NCBI GenBank assembly: GCA_041500865.1
Contig: JBGQMY010000005.1
Location: 1 to 60,221 of the forward strand
Direction: 5' to 3'
Length of the DNA: 60,221 nucleotides
Source of the DNA: Candidatus Micrarchaeia archaeon
GTDB taxonomy: Archaea; Micrarchaeota; Micrarchaeia; Anstonellales; J096
Below are positions 55,086-60,221 of the stretch, piece by piece. Each line of letters starts with the position of its first letter. Positions within the stretch are counted from its first letter, which is position 1. The notes beneath the pieces were generated by a model. That model searched no databases. It was not told the DNA's origin and was given only the letters and a program-made list of their open reading frames with translations. The position numbers and the translations under genes were made by a program.

Positions 55086-56030
55086 ATGCTTGACATAGGG
55101 AAGGCGCTTTCCGAGATAGGCGCGATGCACGCCGACAAGGCGGATGAGGCGGCGGCATTGTTCCACGCGAAGGCAAGGGAAACAATGGGCAAGGATTACA
55201 TAAGGAGGCTTGCTGCCGGCCGCGCGCGGGACATCAGGGTCTGCGCCTCCGACAGCGGGTTCGCCGAGATAGGGCTTTCCGGTGCGTCGTTCATGTTCGC
55301 AAAGTCCATAGGCGTCCTTTTTGAGTATGAAAACGGGCGGCTCAAAAGCAACAGCTATTTCCCCTCAAAGTCAGGAAAGACAGGATACTGGATGCTGGAC
55401 GCTGCCGATGAGGCCGAGTCGTACGCGATGAGGGACATCAGGAGGCTCAGGGAGGAATGGTCCATCCTGCTTGAGATGGTTGAGACAGGAAGGTGCAGCC
55501 TCGCGCTTTTTGACGGCTCCCTGGTTCCGCTCCCGTCATCCGTCCCTGCAAAGGAAAGCCCGTTGCACAAGGAGTTTTCCGGGCTCATGGGAATAAGGGA
55601 CAGGGCAAGGAAGGCCGCGGCCAAAAACGGCGCCTGCATAGCCGGCGTGGTGAAGGACTCCAGGAGCAGGAGGATATGCAGGATGCTGGACGTGGATTCA
55701 AGCGACATGCTTGCGCTGCGCAAGGCGCTGCCTGAGGATGCCGCGACAAAGCCGCTGCAATACTCGGACGCAATTGACGACGTGATGTTCTCGTACATCA
55801 GGGCAGGGAGGGACATCCCGCTCAGGATAGAGTGGTTTTCCGAATCAAATGAGCCGGTTGACGACATATACGGGCTTTGCCTCCTGTCAAACTACAGGTA
55901 TCCGCCGCCGCTCGTGGAGGCTGACATAAGGTCCATGGTAAGAAGGCAGGAATACGAGATTGTGGAAAAGGCGATAAGGTCAAGATTCCCGGATTTGGCC
56001 AAAAGGAGGGAAAGGAGGCCGTTCAGGTAG
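55086..56030 (+). CDS. nurA: NurA-family nuclease
   Basis: ASDSG, LFDGSL, GVVKDSRS, RIEW, YPPPLVEAD. Confidence 0.82.
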   Translation: MLDIGKALSEIGAMHADKADEAAALFHAKARETMGKDYIRRLAAGRARDIRVCASDSGFAEIGLSGASFMFAKSIGVLFEYENGRLKSNSYFPSKSGKTGYWMLDAADEAESYAMRDIRRLREEWSILLEMVETGRCSLALFDGSLVPLPSSVPAKESPLHKEFSGLMGIRDRARKAAAKNGACIAGVVKDSRSRRICRMLDVDSSDMLALRKALPEDAATKPLQYSDAIDDVMFSYIRAGRDIPLRIEWFSESNEPVDDIYGLCLLSNYRYPPPLVEADIRSMVRRQEYEIVEKAIRSRFPDLAKRRERRPFR

Positions 56031-56035
56031 GCCGG

Positions 56036-57508
56036 TCACTTTTTCTTCCTAAGCTCAATCTCCGTCTGGTAGAATGCGGCAAGCGCCTCAATTATGGAGA
56101 GAATGAGGCCAAGTATCGGATATGAGACAAATGCCACTATGAACGGCGCAAGCAGAAGGAGCGCGGCCAGCTGCGTGGACCCCTTCCTGAAGTATGCGGC
56201 TATTATCGAGGCTGCTATGAGGATGACCCACACAAGGTTGCAGATGATGGTGCATAATATGTCGTTTATGCCGCAGGCAAAAAGGCCGAAGCACCCTTCC
56301 TTCAGGCCGATTGTTGCCTGGTTCAGGCCGGTGGCTGCCTGCCCGCCCGGCGCTGGCACGACGCAGCCGCCTTTCTGGCAGTATCCTTCGCAGCAGTCAG
56401 CGCTGGACCTGCATGACACCATGCTGCACGTGGCATTTTGCATGAGGTATTGCGGAAGCATCCAGATATAGTATTTCTTGCCCTCCATCTCGTGTATGAC
56501 GACCGTCTCATTGGTCACGTTCCCCTGGCAGACGTTTGGGGTAAAATCCATGCCAGCCATGCATCCTGATGCAATGACAGAGACGTGGTGCGATTCAGTC
56601 GATTCAGGAACGAACGAGAAAAGCGCCCCCTGCTTTGAGACCTCGTACCGCTTTCCGCCCTGCACCCAGCTCACGTTTATGGTGCCGCCCTGCCTTATGC
56701 CATTTTCGTTGACGATGTAGATGGTCGTCAAATCCCCTGTGGTCTCAACCTGCGAGTTGCTGTCTTCCCTGGTGAAGCTGCAAATGGGGGAATAGACAAC
56801 TGGCGTTATGCCTCCCACGTTCTTTGAAATGCCGGAGACCAAGCAGCCGTTGACAGTAGCGCCGCCTATGAAATAGCTGCCGGTGGCGTTTGGCACGATG
56901 ATATATGATGGCCTGGAAGACTCGATTGGGATGCTTTGCATACTCCCGTCCGGCTTCTTTATGATAAGCGTGAAGGCGCCGGCCAGCGAGCCCTGCCTTG
57001 TGAATTCAAGCGACAGCTGGGAGCCCGGGCAGTTTCCTCCGGTGCTTGAAATCGATATTGAACATGAGCTGGTTGAGGGCGTCGTGGGTGTTGTCCCTGG
57101 TGCGCTCACCGTCATTATGGCGCATTGCGTGACTACGTAGTGCCCGTCTGAGACGTCCGCGCACATTGAGACTGTGTCTCCTTGGGAGAACGTGCCTGAA
57201 TAGGGATTGGCAGGGACAGTGGAGCCTGACACAACGTCAGAAAAATAGGTTGTGTTGCCTACGGGCAGGCCATTCAGGTACCATGTCATGTTGACAGTGC
57301 CGTTTTCCAATTCTGGGTCCGAATAGGTGGCGCCGCCGGTGAATGTGATGGGGCCTGCAGCCGGGCCTGCGGGGCCAGCGGAAACGTTTACTTCCGGCGC
57401 CGCATTGGGGAGCGTGAACCCGAGCAGAACGTCGCCCGACACTGCGCAGAACACAGCGCCCCCAAGCAACAGGAATATCAATGCGAATAGCGACGCCTTA
57501 TGAACCAT
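56036..57508 (-). CDS. Large exported/membrane protein (Ig-like domains, Cys knot, C-terminal TMs)
   Basis: Signal peptide, NAAPEV...YSDPE Ig-like segment, CRSSADCCEGYC, terminal TM helices. Confidence 0.7.
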   Translation of the reverse strand: MVHKASLFALIFLLLGGAVFCAVSGDVLLGFTLPNAAPEVNVSAGPAGPAAGPITFTGGATYSDPELENGTVNMTWYLNGLPVGNTTYFSDVVSGSTVPANPYSGTFSQGDTVSMCADVSDGHYVVTQCAIMTVSAPGTTPTTPSTSSCSISISSTGGNCPGSQLSLEFTRQGSLAGAFTLIIKKPDGSMQSIPIESSRPSYIIVPNATGSYFIGGATVNGCLVSGISKNVGGITPVVYSPICSFTREDSNSQVETTGDLTTIYIVNENGIRQGGTINVSWVQGGKRYEVSKQGALFSFVPESTESHHVSVIASGCMAGMDFTPNVCQGNVTNETVVIHEMEGKKYYIWMLPQYLMQNATCSMVSCRSSADCCEGYCQKGGCVVPAPGGQAATGLNQATIGLKEGCFGLFACGINDILCTIICNLVWVILIAASIIAAYFRKGSTQLAALLLLAPFIVAFVSYPILGLILSIIEALAAFYQTEIELRKKK

Positions 57509-58026
57509 ATGGACACCAATGATATAATGACAGCAAGTATTAAAAAGGTTGCATACGGCTGCCAGGCGGCGCCTTGGCTTTCCGATGGCTGGATTCCTGA
57601 GCTGTCGGATGTGGCGTTCGATGTCTGGCCCTGGCCGTCTTTTGTGCTGTTTGCCGCCGCGCCTGAAATCGCCGCGGTCCTTGAAACGGATGCCCTCACG
57701 CCGCCTTCCATTGCCGTTGCAATAACCTTTATCGAGGATGGAACCGGATTGCACTTTTTCTCAAGCGCGATGCAAGATTCCGAGTCCGGGCCAAGCTCGG
57801 AGTATGTGGCGCCGTTCGGGAAAATTGGATAGACGCAAGAGTCGTTGGAGGAAAGCGCAACCTGCAGGGAGCCGTTGCCCGTGTTTATCACGCAGGCTCC
57901 GGAAACAGTTGAGAAATAGGTGCCGTCAAAGCGGTACTCTATGTTGTATCCTGATATCCCTATCATAGAAAACGAAAGCGGGGCTGCTGCAAAAAAGATG
58001 AAAGCCAGTAGCGCTGCGGTTTTCAT
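57478..58026 (-). CDS. Exported protein with C-terminal TM anchor
   Basis: Signal peptide, beta domain, TM followed by RRR. Confidence 0.7.
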   Translation of the reverse strand: MKTAALLAFIFFAAAPLSFSMIGISGYNIEYRFDGTYFSTVSGACVINTGNGSLQVALSSNDSCVYPIFPNGATYSELGPDSESCIALEKKCNPVPSSIKVIATAMEGGVRASVSRTAAISGAAANSTKDGQGQTSNATSDSSGIQPSESQGAAWQPYATFLILAVIISLVSIWFIRRRYSH

Positions 58027-58038
58027 TGCGGCAGACCC

Positions 58039-59820
58039 TCAGCGGACGTATGCCGCGGTTATCGGCATGGCCCTGCCCCTTTCCGAAAGCGAGATTATGT
58101 AGATTCCGGGCGGCAGGCCCATCCTGCCAAGGTCTATTGTCGCCTTTGACCTTGCAGTTACGCCGCCGACCGCCCTGCCTCTCATGTCAATGACAGAAAC
58201 GCGGTGTGGGGCGTTGTCGCCGAAGATTATCTCATACCTTCCCTGCCCGACAGGCCTGGCCTGGCCAGGGAGAAGCAGGGCGCGGCCCTGCCCTATGGAT
58301 GCGTTTACCGCAGTGTAGTCCTTGCCATAGAGGAATCCGCATATCAGCGGGTCATAAGGGTATTTTGCGCCATAAAGCGAGTCAGGAACCCTGAACTGCG
58401 TGCTGGATTCGTCTCCGAGCGTGAGAAAAGCCGTGTCGCCAGGCGCAGGGACCTTGATGAACCGCCACATGACAAGCGAGTCAGCGCATAATTGCGGCGT
58501 TGTGCTGTCAGTCACCATCTTGTATGTGGTGCCGTCCTCGGCTGTTCCACCGAACCTCGCGCGCCCTTTCATCAGCGTGTACCAGGGTCCTGTCCTTACT
58601 GTGCTGTCCTGGAAGAACATTGTCTCAAGCTCCGGAATGGAAAGCGTATGCAGGACGCTGTTAAACGGAAATGCTATGTTGGCAAACTGGATGCCTGGGT
58701 TGACGAGCGCGCCCTTCCTTCCGCCATAGCCTGTGAAAGGGACAAGCCGTTCAGGAACAGGAAGCCTGAATACGTCATAGGGCTTTGTTGTCACCGAAGA
58801 CGCTTCGCCTGGGTTAAGCGCATAATTGGATAGATACCACATGTGTTGGTCAAGCTCGGCGAAAACAAACCTTACAGAGTCCACTCTCGCAGATACGTCA
58901 TATGGCGCATTGGTGTCGGCTGGGTTGATTTTCCAAAAGACCGTATCGCCAACCCATGCAAGGAAATGGTTATCTGTCGAACCGGGCTTTGGTACTGGAT
59001 AATTGCTGTAAGGCCGCACAAGCTGGTGCATGTTATCTGCTGAACCGCCTGGATAAAATGAAACCGCGCCATTCTGCATATCGGCACTTGATATGCCAAG
59101 CCATCTTCTTTTGTTTCCCCAGTTGCCGAACCCGTAATTCCAGGCATGGTTGAATGATACCGAAGGAATAGACAGGCTTATGCAAAATGTGTCAATAACC
59201 GCGTTTGCCGTCCTATCGAACATTTTGACAAGGTCTGCGCTCAGCACCATGGAGCATTGCATGATTGGAAACTGCGATGCGTCGCCCATTCCAGACGGGA
59301 TGTAAGACGGATGGCCGCTTGACCATGAGATGTTCGTATGCGGAATGGTTCCGCTATTGAGTTCCCATGCCCATTTCCTGTCCCTTAGGCTGGTCCTGAA
59401 GTCATTGAAAGCGTATTTTATAACGTATTTCAGCGAGTCGCCGCCTGCATAGTAAAAGCCGTGTGAAATCCAGACATTGTACGTCATTCCGCTTGATGGG
59501 TCTAACACAAAATACGGCGCTGATATCACAGACATGCTGTTGATGCCCATCTGTTTTTCAGAGGAATAAGTTGAAATCGGGTTTGACTTTAGGTAGTTCC
59601 TCACCGCTTCCTTGTAGAGGTCAACGCCGGGAGTGAACATTATCTTTGACGGAATTTGGGCCGCAAGGGCGGAAACGACAACCAAAGAAGACAGCGCCGC
59701 AGCCCTGCATACGGATGCCGTGCCTTCCTTGAACCTGGCCAGGAACGGCTTCTTGCGCTGTTTATGACACTCGCAAACACGCGTTCCTTTCAGCATCCCC
59801 ATTTTGATACGCCTTTGCAT
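58039..59820 (-). CDS. Exported protein with C-terminal T9SS type-A-like sorting domain
   Basis: Long basic leader plus hydrophobic signal (VSALAA); C-terminus SVIDMRGRAV...IDLGRMGLPPGIYII. Confidence 0.72.
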   Translation of the reverse strand: MQRRIKMGMLKGTRVCECHKQRKKPFLARFKEGTASVCRAAALSSLVVVSALAAQIPSKIMFTPGVDLYKEAVRNYLKSNPISTYSSEKQMGINSMSVISAPYFVLDPSSGMTYNVWISHGFYYAGGDSLKYVIKYAFNDFRTSLRDRKWAWELNSGTIPHTNISWSSGHPSYIPSGMGDASQFPIMQCSMVLSADLVKMFDRTANAVIDTFCISLSIPSVSFNHAWNYGFGNWGNKRRWLGISSADMQNGAVSFYPGGSADNMHQLVRPYSNYPVPKPGSTDNHFLAWVGDTVFWKINPADTNAPYDVSARVDSVRFVFAELDQHMWYLSNYALNPGEASSVTTKPYDVFRLPVPERLVPFTGYGGRKGALVNPGIQFANIAFPFNSVLHTLSIPELETMFFQDSTVRTGPWYTLMKGRARFGGTAEDGTTYKMVTDSTTPQLCADSLVMWRFIKVPAPGDTAFLTLGDESSTQFRVPDSLYGAKYPYDPLICGFLYGKDYTAVNASIGQGRALLLPGQARPVGQGRYEIIFGDNAPHRVSVIDMRGRAVGGVTARSKATIDLGRMGLPPGIYIISLSERGRAMPITAAYVR

Positions 59821-59862
59821 ATTTATTGCGACAAACAGTTATTAAATCTAACCACAATGTAG

Positions 59863-60221
59863 CTAGCCGCAGTCCAGCGTGTAGGTCATCGTCTGTGTGT
59901 AGTCTGCGCCTGGCGTGCGGGAAGGCGGCGCCCTGAAGCCGATATAGTCTATTCTGCTCTGCGATGCATTGAGTGGGCCCATTGGCGTGCCTAAAGCGCC
60001 CATTGGCGCCATGCTGCCATATAATTCCGAGGCTGCGGCGTTCACCGTCCTTCTGGTGTAGTTGGCAGGCAGCGTGAACTGGCCTGCGCTTGTGAAGTTG
60101 GATGCGCTTACCGTTAGGTTGCCGTCCAGCGTCCCTCCGCTTGACAGAGTCACGTTTGAGTATGAGTAGTTGCCGTATCCCATCGTACCGAATGATATGG
60201 AGGACGGGCTGACACCGAATA
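59863..60221 (-). CDS. Exported beta-rich protein, 5'-partial
   Basis: Open to the window end: VSPSSISFGTMGYG...TPGADYTQTMTYTLDCG. Confidence 0.65.
   Translation of the reverse strand, partial: FGVSPSSISFGTMGYGNYSYSNVTLSSGGTLDGNLTVSASNFTSAGQFTLPANYTRRTVNAAASELYGSMAPMGALGTPMGPLNASQSRIDYIGFRAPPSRTPGADYTQTMTYTLDCG

Overview
Archaeal chromosomal segment, most consistent with a DPANN (Micrarchaeota-like) genome. Support: archaeal ribosomal cluster S19e-PDCD5-L39e-L31e-aIF6-LX-prefoldin-FtsY, archaeal TrpRS/ProRS, aEF-1beta, L11, an EndA-family subunit, an S-layer protein, ScpA/ScpB, GyrA, NurA, a 2-oxoacid:ferredoxin oxidoreductase and five intron-less, CCA-less tRNAs. No rRNA, CRISPR array or transposase was seen. 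Accessory genes are slotted singly between housekeeping genes and share design features. (i) Six dispersed ankyrin-repeat genes, one frameshifted, share a basic N-terminal leader, a C-terminal F-x3-F-x2-C-aliphatic motif and a similar promoter. (ii) Two exported proteins end in a bacterial T9SS type-A-like C-terminal sorting domain; one is built from modules resembling this genome's own S-layer. (iii) A partial VirD4/HerA-like ATPase lies at the window edge. Together these suggest, as inference only, a host-directed effector repertoire. A family of short intergenic palindromic repeats (7 sites, two next to duplicated tRNA 3' ends), twin tRNA-Arg genes flanking an ankyrin gene, and an AbiE-like HTH/nucleotidyltransferase pair with upstream palindromes also stand out. 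All family calls come from motif recognition by eye, not database searches.
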